DNA of 58,757 bases, filler included, from Nemertoderma westbladi (lineage: Eukaryota; Animalia; Xenacoelomorpha): assembly GCA_032718475.1 (NCBI GenBank). It is 3 parts of 3 records of this genome, joined end to end, with 100 filler letters (N's around TTAATTAATTAA, not from the genome) between each part and the next. Parts side by side here need not be neighbours in the genome. Positions count along the whole stretch, not along the records: positions 1 to 25,289 come from JAUCBJ010004287.1; 2 more parts are not named here. The stretch is one strand, 5' to 3'. Below, piece by piece: positions 1 through 11,623 of the stretch. The first letter of the stretch is position 1, and every line of letters begins with the position of its first letter. The notes below the pieces were generated by a model. That model was not told the origin of the DNA. It did not search any database and was given only the letters and a program-made list of their open reading frames with translations. A program made the translations under genes and the position numbers.

Positions 1-146
1 CACCTGTAAATTTTGTCAAAACTCAGCCAGCGATCGTTACCACGCCCTATCGTGTCCTCAATGTCCGCCTATCGCCACCTTATCTATCATCCCATAAAAC
101 TACATTTTGAAACGTGCTTTTTTAAACTCTCAATGGTATTTATCTA

Positions 147-159
147 GTTTCCTAGCAAC
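147..159. promoter_or_regulatory. X-box-like (RFX) motif upstream of MS4A-like gene
   Basis: GTTTCCTAGCAAC resembles the RFX X-box pattern GTYNCC-N(0-3)-RGYAAC and lies ~210 bp upstream of the ATG at 370; function is inferred. Confidence 0.4.
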
Positions 160-369
160 TCACATTCTTTACTTAGGCCTAATTTTTATGGTACAGATAC
201 TGAGATTGGAGATAAGGTTGCTGTAGTAGGCCTAAAGCCGAAATACTGAAATAGAAACAAGTGAAATTCAAATTTCCTGCGGGAACCATTGCTGCATTGT
301 GCAATTAAATCTGTACTACATGAACCCGCTTGTCAGCTTGTGTAGCGTTTAGCGACGACATCCATTCCA

Positions 370-1395
370 ATGGATTCGCAAACCCAGATTCAGATTGGCC
401 CACCCTATCCACAACAAATTCAGGTACCGGTTAATCCCGTTGCCGGCCAACCTATACCAACTACTGCAGGGCCAGGCCAACCGGCATTACAACCCGGCGA
501 GAAATGGGGGAACGTTACCGCAAATAAAGTTGTCAGTAGCGTTATCATTGCTCTGGGCGGACTGTTCATATTGTGTGGAATTATTGATATGAATTTATAT
601 TGCTTTGTTTCCTCATTCGCTGTCCCGGTATGGAGTGGTGTTCTTATGTTACTTGTCGGCCTATTGGGATTGTTCGGTAGTATTAAAGATGGCGGCAACA
701 CTGATAAATGCTCCAGGGGTCTCCTAATCGCTGTCATTGTTATAGATGCAGTTCTTATGTTTATTTGTATAGGTTGTGGTGGCACCCAGTCGTCCTCAGT
801 GATTATATATGGCGGTTGGGGATGGGGAAGTTACGGCTATTATTTTTATACGTGCAGAGGGTTGCACATGGCGCTCTTGATTTTTTGGGTTGTTACATTC
901 GCAATGATAGTGACACAGATTGCTCTCGCGTCCACTAAAATCTGTTGTGTGGCAAAAGCTCGGCGCGTGCAGGTCGTATATGTTACCGCCCCGATGACAG
1001 GCCAATACGGTCAGCCGGTACCGCAGACATTCGGTCCCGGTCAGCCGGTACCGCAGACATTCGGTCCCGGTCAGCCGGTACCGCAGACATTCGGTCCCGG
1101 TCAGCCGGTACCGCAGACATTCGGTCCCGGTCAGCCGGTACCGCAGACATTCGGTCCCGGTCAGCCGGTACCGCAGACATTCGGTCCTGGTCAGTCGGTA
1201 CCGCAGACATTCGGTCCCGGTCAGCCGATACCGCAGACATTCGGTCCCGGTCAGCCGGTACCGCAGACATTCGGTCCCGGTCAGCCGGTACCGCAGACAT
1301 TCGGTCCCGGTCAGCCGGTACCGCATACATTCGGTTCCGGTCAGCCTATACCGCAGACATTCGACACCGAAGAGAAAGTTCAATTTACCGAATGA
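370..1395 (+). CDS. Intronless MS4A/CD20-like four-transmembrane protein with P/Q-rich N-terminus and repetitive C-tail
   Basis: 341-aa ORF with four hydrophobic segments (VVSSVIIALGGLFILCGII; VPVWSGVLMLLVGLLGLFG, carrying the MS4A-type PxWxG motif; LLIAVIVIDAVLMFICIG; MALLIFWVVTFAMIVTQIALA) followed by a CC motif. Confidence 0.7.
   Translation: MDSQTQIQIGPPYPQQIQVPVNPVAGQPIPTTAGPGQPALQPGEKWGNVTANKVVSSVIIALGGLFILCGIIDMNLYCFVSSFAVPVWSGVLMLLVGLLGLFGSIKDGGNTDKCSRGLLIAVIVIDAVLMFICIGCGGTQSSSVIIYGGWGWGSYGYYFYTCRGLHMALLIFWVVTFAMIVTQIALASTKICCVAKARRVQVVYVTAPMTGQYGQPVPQTFGPGQPVPQTFGPGQPVPQTFGPGQPVPQTFGPGQPVPQTFGPGQPVPQTFGPGQSVPQTFGPGQPIPQTFGPGQPVPQTFGPGQPVPQTFGPGQPVPHTFGSGQPIPQTFDTEEKVQFTE
1009..1368 (+). 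repeat. Coding 30-bp tandem repeat, 12 units (GQPVPQTFGP)
   Basis: Near-identical GGTCAGCCGGTACCGCAGACATTCGGTCCC units, in frame with the 370..1395 ORF. Confidence 0.95.
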
Positions 1396-2899
1396 TTTTA
1401 GATTTAGCAGTCTGTCAATACTGCTCAGTACTGCAGTACTAAGTGCAAACAATCTGCCATAACAATCGCTAAGTTCATTATTTATTACAGTATTATTATT
1501 ATTAATGTTTCTCCTCTATTTGTTTAACCAGCGAATATGTTTTTCTTTTTATTATCGGTACTATAATAACAGTATAAATAACATCCTCGGCCATCGATTA
1601 TCCACTTAATTTGTTTTATAATGTTAATGGCCTTCCATGTTTTTTTAATTTCCCACCGACTTCTTTATTATTGTGCAGTAGTTATTTGGTGCAATGTGTA
1701 CTGTATTAATTACAGTCTGTATTCTAACACGCGGTAAAAACTGTTAACATTCGTTTATATTGATATCCCATCGTATTGTATATTTATTAATATCAGGAGC
1801 AGACCTCACTTTTATGATCATAATATTATGTAATGTATTGTATAATTTATATATAATTTAACAATTGATGTAAATATATTTAGTGCATGTAAATGTCTTA
1901 ATGAATTACTCCTTAAACTCCTTTATAACTCGAAGACATAAATACTAACCCCGGATACCCATTAGGCCTATGGTGCAGGTTTTATTATATTGAATGACGA
2001 CACAACTAACTACCCATAAAAAATGTTTATACTTAAAATTATAAATTATAATATATTATTTTACACACTGACAAAAAAATGAGCGCACAAGAAAGGCCCC
2101 TACTAAGTTGTCCGCACAACTGAAATTTTTTTTTCCAAATGTTCCTTTTGGGGCTCCGTATATATGTTCATTGAAATTCTACATAAATGCCAAACAAAAG
2201 GAAAACACAAGCCAAATTAAAAGGAAAAGTAGGAAAGAGTAGCAAATTAGCAATGTTCCAAACTAATTTAATTAATTGCACAATAGGCTGCAGTTTAATG
2301 GGGAATGAATACAATTTACACTGGCCTGTCACACGTAAATTGTTAGATCTCGGTAACTATAAGTCGTATCCTATATTTAAAAATATCAAACATTTCTTCA
2401 CGATATATTAAGGTAACTGATGAAAAAAAATTATTAAATAAATTAATTGTAGTTGAGCTGTTAAGTGTTAATGCAACTTTAATCTTTAAGAGGAAGTACA
2501 CGATTTGCGGTTAAAATGCTAACTACAGTAGTCATTCAATTTGAGGTGAAATTGGCTGAAACATGGAATACTAAATATACAGTATAGTATACACAGTATA
2601 CAGTATACAGTATATATATATATACTGTATATTTAGTATTCCATGGCTGAAACCAATTTTTTAGAATTATGGAGGTGAGCTCCACAAAAGTTATCGGTTA
2701 ACATTTTTAGTTTAGCCTTTTTATGAAAATTAATTAATATTTATTAATATTTGGCAAAATTTTAACAAATTTTTGGCTTGTATCTGAAAAATTGGCTGTA
2801 AAAACAGAAATATAAAAATTCCAACCGATAACTGCCGAAACCCTTTCAAATGAGCCAAAAATAAAGAAAATTGGTTAAAAAATGGCGGGGGAGTAGTAA

Positions 2900-3300
2900 T
2901 TTGAAAAATGAAAATGTCATTCCAAGATAATTGCCTTCAAAGTTTAAACCTTCCCGCCATAACTGGCTGTCTGAGGTCTGGTTGGTTAATCATTTCTGGC
3001 ATGATAGAAGCACATCACCGGGCTAAAACTTTCATTATGGGGGTTTTCGGGGTCGCTGATTTCATTTCCGATGTCTGTTTTAAGGTTTGATGGAATCTAG
3101 TCTGTCTGTTTGACGGTTGTTTGTCTGTCTTACAATTTGACTGACAGACCATCATACAGAAAAACAGGGATAACTCGATAACTAAAAGAGGTTTCGCTAC
3201 GCGGTTTTCAGATTTGAAATACTCCTTAAATTCTGATAAAGATTAAATAAAAAAACAAATATTTGAAATTTTGACATGGGTGGGGGGGTGGGGGGGGTGT
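2900..3300. repeat. Dispersed repeat family copy (related copies ~11950-12260, ~14700-15130 inverted, ~45600-46400)
   Basis: Shared AAAATGTCNTTCCAAGATAATTGCCTT..AAGTTTAAACC head (2900 and 11950 copies), GTCT/GACA runs and TTTCATTTCCGATGTC-like motif; boundaries approximate. Confidence 0.55.
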
Positions 3301-4271
3301 GTACTCCCCCCTTAATGAATGATATCGTAATAAGTTTTTCAGAAACGGAAAAAATGAGAAAGCGCGACACCGGGGGCTTTCTCATTTTTTCCATTTCTGA
3401 ACAACTTATTACAATATCAAAAATAATTATACAATTCCACTCCAAGGAAATGTCATTATTTCCATTAGTGTTAGCGAAGGAAATAAGGTTCGCCTTAGAG
3501 GTTAGGTTATCTATCCCCGGTGCGCAATGTATTTTAATAATAACTTTAGAAATAATACCGTTTTTATAGCGCCAAATTAATATTCAAATCTACTGTATGT
3601 CATGTCTATGTGTGTATCTAATGTCATCTATGTTTGTTTTATTTAATTGTGTTATTTTATTGTTAATTTTAATGTTATACTTTGAGCACCATTAAATCAA
3701 TGCCAATACCAATACCAAGACTTTACACATAAATAGTTTATAATATTATAATAACTAATTTTTTTGGGGATGAGGGTTTTCGAGGTCGACAAATCCGATG
3801 GGTTACATAGACCAAGTACAGAAGTTGTGTAATTAAGCTCCCTATATCTATATTGTACCAGGAAAATTGGTACCGGTATTAAAATTTTTTAAATGATTAG
3901 ACAAATGTCCGTTTCTCTGGAAACTACAGTAAATTGGTTTCTATGTAGAGTACTGCGTGGATAGTTCTGTCAATCGATAGTTACTGGACTAAATATTGTT
4001 TGCGCCAAATTTGGTGAAAATCCCACCAATCCAATAGACCCCTTGTTGCTATGTAAAATCCTTGTTGCTAAGGAAAGAAGAATTGAATTGAAATTGATCC
4101 GCAGAATTAATTTTTATAGACTTTTTGGTGATATTAGCAAGATAATGTAGAGTCAAAAAAAACATGGATCGAATGAATTGTGAATTAGTTTTGGGTTACC
4201 CCCTCTTTTTCGCTGGATTGACTGAACTATTGTGCAAGATTATGATAAATTACCATTTAAAATAAACTCAC

Positions 4272-4446
4272 TTGAACTTCCGCGAAGGATTTCTAAATTT
4301 GGCGTCGTCGATTCCTGATAATTCTGTGCCTCGTCTATCAAGCATAAGGAAAGCCGCGAGGTTGGCGGTGTAGGAGGCGAGAATAATCAGAGCAAATCCG
4401 GCCCACACCATCCCAAGGACACGGGCACCAAAACTCCTGGGTGACC
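4272..4446 (-). CDS. GRIN1: NMDA receptor GluN1-like exon: M3 (SYTANLAAF) and start of S2
   Basis: Manual translation [58 protein letters not shown]; acceptor ttacag and donor gtgagt; phase 1 start matches the preceding exon. Not in the ORF track. Confidence 0.95.
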
Positions 4447-4508
4447 CTGTAAGGTATATGGTAGGAATTCATGTCACAGTTGCTGAATAAACATACCTAT
4501 TATCGCAA

Positions 4509-7500
4509 TGTTTAGGATACCCCAGGTGAACCAGACCTACCTACTGTTTAGCAGGACATCCCAGGTGAACCAGACCTACCTACTGTTTAGCAGGACATCC
4601 CAGGTGAACCAGACCTACTTATGTTTAGAAGGACACCCCAGGTGAACCAGACCTACCTACTGTTTAGCAGGATACTCCAGGTGAACCAGACCTACTTATG
4701 TTTAGCAGGACACTCCAGGTGAACCAGACCTACTTATGTTTAGCAGGACACTCCAGGTGAACCAGACCTACCTTTTGTTTAGAAGGACACCCCAGGTGAA
4801 CCAGACCTACCTACTGTTTAGCAGGACACTCCAGGTGAACCAGACCTACTTATGTTTAGCAGGACACTCCAGGTGAACCAGGCCTACTTATGTTTAACAG
4901 GACACTCCAGGTGAACCAGACCTACCTTTTGTTTAGAAGGACACCCCAGGTGAACCAGACCTACATACTGTTTAGCAGGACATTCCAGGTGAACCAGACC
5001 TACCTTTTGTTTAGCAGGACATCCCAGGTGAACCAGACCTACCTACTGTTTAGCAGGACATCCCAGGTGAACCAGACCTACTTATGTTTAGAAGGACACC
5101 CCAGGTGAACCAGACCTACCTACTGTTTAGCAGGATACTCCAGGTGAACCAGACCTACTTATGTTTAGCAGGACACTCCAGGTGAACCAGACCTACTTAT
5201 GTTTAGCAGGACACTCCAGGTGAACCAGACCTACCTTTTGTTTAGAAGGACACCCCAGGTGAACCAGACCTACCTACTGTTTAGCAGGACACTCCAGGTG
5301 AACCAGACCTACTTATGTTTAGCAGGACACTCCAGGTGAACCAGGCCTACTTATGTTTAACAGGACACTCCAGGTGAACCAGACCTACCTTTTGTTTAGA
5401 AGGACACCCCAGGTGAACCAGACCTACATACTGTTTAGCAGGACATTCCAGGTGAACCAGACCTACCTTTTGTTTAGAAGGACACCCCAGGTGAACCAGA
5501 CCTACATACTGTTTAGCAGGACACTCCAGGTGAACCAGACCTACCTTTTGTTTAGAAGGACACCCCGGGTGAACCAGAACTACTTACTGTTTAGCAAGAC
5601 ACCCCAGGTGAACCAGACCTACTTATGTTTAGCAGGACACTCCAGGTGAACCAGACCTACCTTTTGTTTAGAAGGACACCCCAGGTGAACCAGACCTACC
5701 TTTTGTTTAGAAGGACAACCCTGGCGAACCAGACCTACCATCTGTTTAGCAGGATACTCCAGGTGAACCAGACCTACTTATGTTTAGCAGGACACTCCAG
5801 GTGAACCAGACCTACCTTTTGTTTAGAAGGATACCCCAGGTGAACCAGACCTACCTACTGTTTAGCAGGACACTCCAGGTGAACCAGGCCTACTTATGTT
5901 TAGCAGGACACTCCAGGTGAACCAGACCTACCTTTTGTTTAGAAGGACACCCCAGGTGAACCAGACCTACCTACTGTTTAGCAGGACACTCAAGGTGAAC
6001 CAGACCTACTTACACTCGAGGTGAACCAGACTTACCTTTTGTTTAGAAGGACACCCCAGGTGAACCAGACCTACCTTCTGTTTAGAAGGACACCCCAGGT
6101 GAACCAGACCTACCTACTGTTTAGCAGGACACTCCAGGTGATCCAAACCTACTTATGTTTAGCAGGACACTCCAGGTGATCCAAACCTACTTATGTTTAG
6201 CAGGACATTCCAGGTGAACCAGACTTGCCTTCTGTTCAGAAGGACAACCCAGGTGAACCAGACCTACCTTCTGTTTAGAAGGACACCCCAGGTGAACCAG
6301 ACCTACCTACTGTTTAGCAGGACACTCCAGGTGAACCAGACCTACTTATGTTTAGCAGGACACTCCAGGTGAACCAGACCTACCTTTTGTTTAGAAGGAA
6401 AACCCAGGTGAACCAGACCTACCTTCTGTTTAGAAGGACACCCCATGTGAACCAGACCTACCTACTGTTTAGCAGGACACTCCAGGTGAACCAGGCCTAC
6501 TTATGTTTAGCAGGACACTCCAGGTGAACCAAACCTACCTTCTGTTCAGAAGGACAACCCAGGTGAACCAGACCTACCTACTGTTTAGCAGGACACTCCA
6601 GGTGAACCAGACCTACTTATGTTTAGCAGGACACTCCAGGTGAACCAGACCTACCTTTTGTTTAGAAGGACACCCCAGGTGAACCAGACCTACCTTCTGT
6701 TTAGAAGGACACCCCAGGTGAACCAGACCTACCTACTGTTTAGCAGGACACTCCAGGTGAACCAGACCTACTTATGTTTAGCAGGACACTCCAGGTGAAC
6801 CAGACCTACCTTCTGTTTAGAAGGACACCCCATGTGAACCAGACCTACCTACTGTTTAGCAGGACACTCCAGGTGAACCAGGCCTACTTATGTTTAGCAG
6901 GACACTCCAGGTGAACCAGACCTACCTTTTGTTTAGAAGGAAAACCCAGGTGAACCAGACCTACCTTCTGTTTAGAAGGACACCCCATGTGAACCAGACC
7001 TACCTACTGTTTAGCAGGACACTCCAGGTGAACCAGGCCTACTTATGTTTAGCAGGACACTCCAGGTGAACCAAACCTACCTTCTGTTCAGAAGGACAAC
7101 CCAGGTGAACCAGACCTACCTTCTGTTTAGAAGGACACCCCAGGTGAACCAGACCTACCTACTGTTTAGCAGGACACTCCAGGTGATCCAAACCTACTTA
7201 TGTTTAGCAGGACACTCCAGGTGATCCAAACCTACCTTCTGTTTAGAAGGAAAACCCAGGTGAACCAGACCTACCTTCTGTTTAGAAGGACACCCCAGGT
7301 GAACCAGACCTACCTTCTGTTTAGAAGGACACCCCAGGTGAACCAGACCTACCTACTGTTTAGCAGGACACTCCAGGTGATCCAAACCTACTTATGTTTA
7401 GCAGGACACTCCAGGTGATCCAAACCTACCTTCTGTTTAGAAGGAAAACCCAGGTGAACCAGACCTACCTTCTGTTTAGAAGGACACCCCAGGTGAACCA

Positions 7501-10500
7501 GACATACCTACTGTTTAGCAGGACACTCCAGGTGAACCAGACCTACTTAAGTTTAGCAGGACACTCCAGGTGAACCAGACCTACCTTCTGTTTAGAAGGA
7601 CACCCCAGGTGAACCAGACCTACCTACTGTTTAGCAGGACACTCCAGGTGATCCAAACCTACTTATGTTTAGCAGGACACTCCAGGTGAACCAGACCAGC
7701 CTTCTGTTCAGAAGGACAACCCAGGTGAACCAGACCTACCTTCTGTTTAGAAGGACACCCCAGGTTAACCAGACCTACCTACTGTTTAGCAGGACACTCC
7801 AGGTGAACCAGACCTACTTACTTATGTTTAGCAGGACACTCCAGGTGATCCAAACCTACCTTCTGTTCAGAAGGACAACCCAGGTGAACCAGACCTACCT
7901 TCTGTTTAGAAGGACACCCCAGGTGAACCAGACCTACCTACTGTTTAGCAGGACACTCCAGGTGAACCAGACCTACTTATGTTTAGCAGGACACTCCAGG
8001 TGAACCAGACCTACCTTCTCCTATCCCACTGTTTAACAGGACACTCCAGGCGAACCAAACCTGCCTTTTGTTTAGAAGGACACCCCAGGTGAACCAGACC
8101 TACCTTCTGTTTAGCAGGACACTCCAGGTGAACCAGACCTACTTATGTTTAGCAGGACACTCCAGGTGAACCAGACCTACTTACTTATGTTTAGCAGGAC
8201 ACTCCAGGTGATCCAAACCTACCTTCTGTTCAGAAGGACAACCCAGGTGAACCAGACCTACCTTCTGTTTAGAAGGACACCCCAGGTGAACCAGACCTAC
8301 CTTCTGTTTAGAAGGACACCCCAGGTTAACCAGACCTACCTACTGTTTAGCAGGACACTCCAGGTGAACCAGACCTACTTACTTATGTTTAGCAGGACAC
8401 TCCAGGTGATCCAAACCTACCTTCTGTTCAGAAGGACAACCCAGGTGAACCAGACCTACCTTCTGTTTAGAAGGACACCCCAGGTGAACCAGACCTACCT
8501 ACTGTTTAGCAGGACACTCCAGGTGAACCAGACCTACTTATGTTTAGCAGGACACTCCAGGTGAACCAGACCTACCTTCTCCTATCCCACTGTTTAACAG
8601 GACACTCCAGGCGAACCAGACCTACCTTCTGATTAGCAGGACACTCCAGGTGAACCAGACCTACTTATGTTTAGCAGGACACTCCAAGTGATCCAAACCT
8701 ACCTTCTGTTCAGAAGGACAACCCAGGTGAACCAGACCTACCTTCTGTTTAGAAGGACACCCCAGGTGAACCAGACCTACTTTCTTATGTTTAGCAGGAC
8801 ACTCCAGGTGATCCAAACCTACCTTCTGTTCAGAAGGACAACCCAGGTGAACCAGACCTACCTTCTGTTTAGAAGGACACCCCAGGTGAACCAGACCTAC
8901 CTTCTGTTTAGCAGGACACTCCAGGTGAACCAGACCTACTTATGTTTAGCAGGACACTCCAAGTGAACCAGACCTACCTTCTCCTTTCCCACTGTTTAAC
9001 AGGACACTCCCGGCGAACCAGACCTGCCTTTTGTTTAGAAGGACACCCCAGGTGAACCAGACCTACTTATGTTTAGCAGGACACTCCAGGTGAACCAGAC
9101 CTACCTTCTCCTATCCCACTGTTTAACAGGATACTAAAGGCGAACCAGACCTGCCTTTTGTTTAGAAGGACACCCCAGGTGAACCAGACCTACCTTCTCC
9201 TATCCCACTATTTAAGAGGATACTAAAGGCGAACCAGACCTGCCTTTTGTTTAGAAGGACACCCCAGGTGAACCAGACCAACCTACTGTTTAGCAGGACA
9301 CTCCAGGTGAACCAGACCTACTTATGTTTAGCAGGACACTCCAAGTGAACCAGACCTACCTTCTCCTTTCCCACTGTTTAACAGGACACTCCCGGCGAAC
9401 CAGACCTGCCTTTTGTTTAGAAGGACACCCCAGGTGAACCAGACCTACTTATGTTTAGCAGGACACTCCAGGTGAACCAGACCTACCTTCTCCTATCCCG
9501 CTGTTTAACAGGACACTCCAGGTGAACCAGACCTACCTTCTCCTATCCCACTGTTTAACAGGATACAAAAGGCGAACCAGACCTGCCTTTTGTTTAGAAG
9601 GACACCCCAGGTGAACCAGACCTACCTACTGTTTAGCAGGACACTCCAGGTGAACCAGACCTACCTACTGTTTAGCAGGACACTCCAGGTGAACCAGACC
9701 TACTTATGTTTAGCAGGACACTCCAAGTGAACCAGACCTACCTTCTCCTTTCCCACTGTTTAACAGGACACTCCCGGCGAACCAGACCTGCCTTTTGTTT
9801 AGAAGGACACCCCAGGTGAACCAGACCTACTTATGTTTAGCAGGACACTCCAGGTGAACCAGACCTACCTTCTCCTTTCCCACTGTTTAACAGGACACTC
9901 CCGGCGAACCAGACCTGCCTTTTGTTTAGAAGGACACCCCAGGTGAACCAGACCTACTTATGTTTAGCAGGACACTCCAGGTGAACCAGACCTACCTTCT
10001 CCTATCCCACTGTTTAACAGGATACAAAAGGCGAACCAGACCTGCCTTTTGTTTAGAAGGACACCCCAGGTGAACCAGACCTACCTACTGTTTAGCAGGA
10101 CACTCCAGGTGAACCAGACCAACCTACTGTTTAGCAGGACACTCCAGGTGAACCAGACCTACTTATGTTTAGCAGGACACTCCAAGTGAACCAGACCTAC
10201 CTTCTCCTTTCCCACTGTTTAACAGGACACTCCCGGCGAACCAGACCTGCCTTTTGTTTAGAAGGACACCCCAGGTGAACCAGACCTACTTATGTTTAGC
10301 AGGACACTCCAGGTGAACCAGACCTACCTTCTCCTATCCCGCTGTTTAACAGGATACTAAAGGCGAACCAGACCTGCCTTTTGTTTAGAAGGACACCCCA
10401 GGTGACCCAGACCTACCTACTGTTTAGCAGGACACCCCAGGTGAACCAGACCTACCTACTGTTTAGCAGGACACTCCAGGTGAACCAGACCTACTTATGT

Positions 10501-11431
10501 TTAGCAGGACACTCCAGGTGAACCAGACCAGCCTTCTGTTTAGAAGGACACCCCAGGTGAACCAGACATACCTACTGTTTAGCAGGACACTCCAGGTGAA
10601 CCAGACCTACTTATGTTTAGCAGGACACTCCAGGTGAACCAGACCTACTTATGTTTAGCAGGACACTCCAGGTGAACCAGACCTACTTATGTTTAGCAGG
10701 ACACTCCAGGTGAACCAGACCTACTTATGTTTAGCAGGACACTCCAGGTGAACCAGACCTACTTATGTTTAGCAGGACACCCCAGGTGAACCAGACCTAC
10801 TTATGTTTAGCAGGACACTCCAGGTGAACCAGACCTACTTATGTTTAGCAGGACACTCCAGGTGAACCAGACCTACTTATGTTTAGCAGGACACTCCAGG
10901 TGAACCAGACCAGCCTTCTGTTTAGAAGGACACCCCAGGTGAACCAGACATACCTACTGTTTAGCAGGACACTCCAGGTGAACCAGACCTACTTATGTTT
11001 AGCAGGACACTCCAGGTGAACCAGACCTACTTATGTTTAGCAGGACACTCCAGGTGAACCAGACCTACTTATGTTTAGCAGGACACTCCAGGTGAACCAG
11101 ACCTACTTATGTTTAGCAGGACACTCCAGGTGAACCAGACCTACCTTCTGTTTAGAAGGACACCCCAGGTGAACCAGACCTACCTACTGTTTAGCAGGAC
11201 ACTCCAGGTGAACCAGACATACCTACTGTTTAGCAGGACACTCCAGGTGAACCAGACCTACTTATGTTTAGCAGGACACTCCAGGTGAACCAGACCTACC
11301 TTTTGTTTATCAGGACACCCCAGGTGAACCAGACCTACCTTCTCCTATCCCGCTGTTTAACAGGACACTCCAGGCGAACCAGACCTACCTTCTCCTATCC
11401 CGCTGTTTAACAGGACACCCCAGGTGAACCA
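4509..11431 (-). repeat. ~6.9-kb tandem array of 38/39/42/50-bp units derived from the GluN1 pore-loop exon end plus its splice donor
   Basis: Full unit on the minus strand is TGGTTCACCTGGGGTGTCCTGTTAAACAGCGGGATAGGAGAAG|GTAGGTC; the first unit is the real exon end (11389-11431). Roughly 170-180 units, estimated from length. Confidence 0.97.
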
Positions 11432-11623
11432 TATTGCTGAGGCGAGCCCTTGCACATCGTCCTCATGTCTGTTGCTGTTACTGACACGGTACCGCCCAAA
11501 CGGACTCAGCCGGTCCAATATATACAGAATGAAGGCGACTACGTGAACAGATAGCAGGATTAACAGCCATAAAGTTATGTCGAAAGGACGAACAAATGAT
11601 GCCATACTAGATTCTGGCATATC
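11389..11623 (-). CDS. GRIN1: NMDA receptor GluN1-like exon: pre-M1, M1 and M2 pore loop
   Basis: [44 protein letters not shown]...[17 protein letters not shown]; SVHVVA, DRxSPFG and [11 protein letters not shown] are GluN1 hallmarks; acceptor tttatag, donor gtaggt; 235 nt, phase 0 to 1. Confidence 0.95.

Noticed and set aside
796-1452. Alternative-frame and antisense ORFs over the 30-bp repeat
   Set aside because: Shadow ORFs of a stop-free repeat; the MS4A-like frame explains the region.
4320-4345. Loss of the mammalian GluN1 DRPEER motif (DRRGTE here)
   Set aside because: The motif is, from recall, not conserved in invertebrate GluN1 generally, so it is not distinctive.
4890-8966. Plus-strand ORFs of (RTPQVNQTYLLF)n
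   Set aside because: By-products of 39-bp units, broken wherever 38-bp units occur; antisense to the exon-derived frame.
4509-11431. CRISPR-like appearance (constant CAGGTGAACCAGACCTAC with variable intervening bases)
   Set aside because: The intervening parts are variants of one sequence rather than unique spacers; there are no cas genes and the context is a eukaryotic intron.
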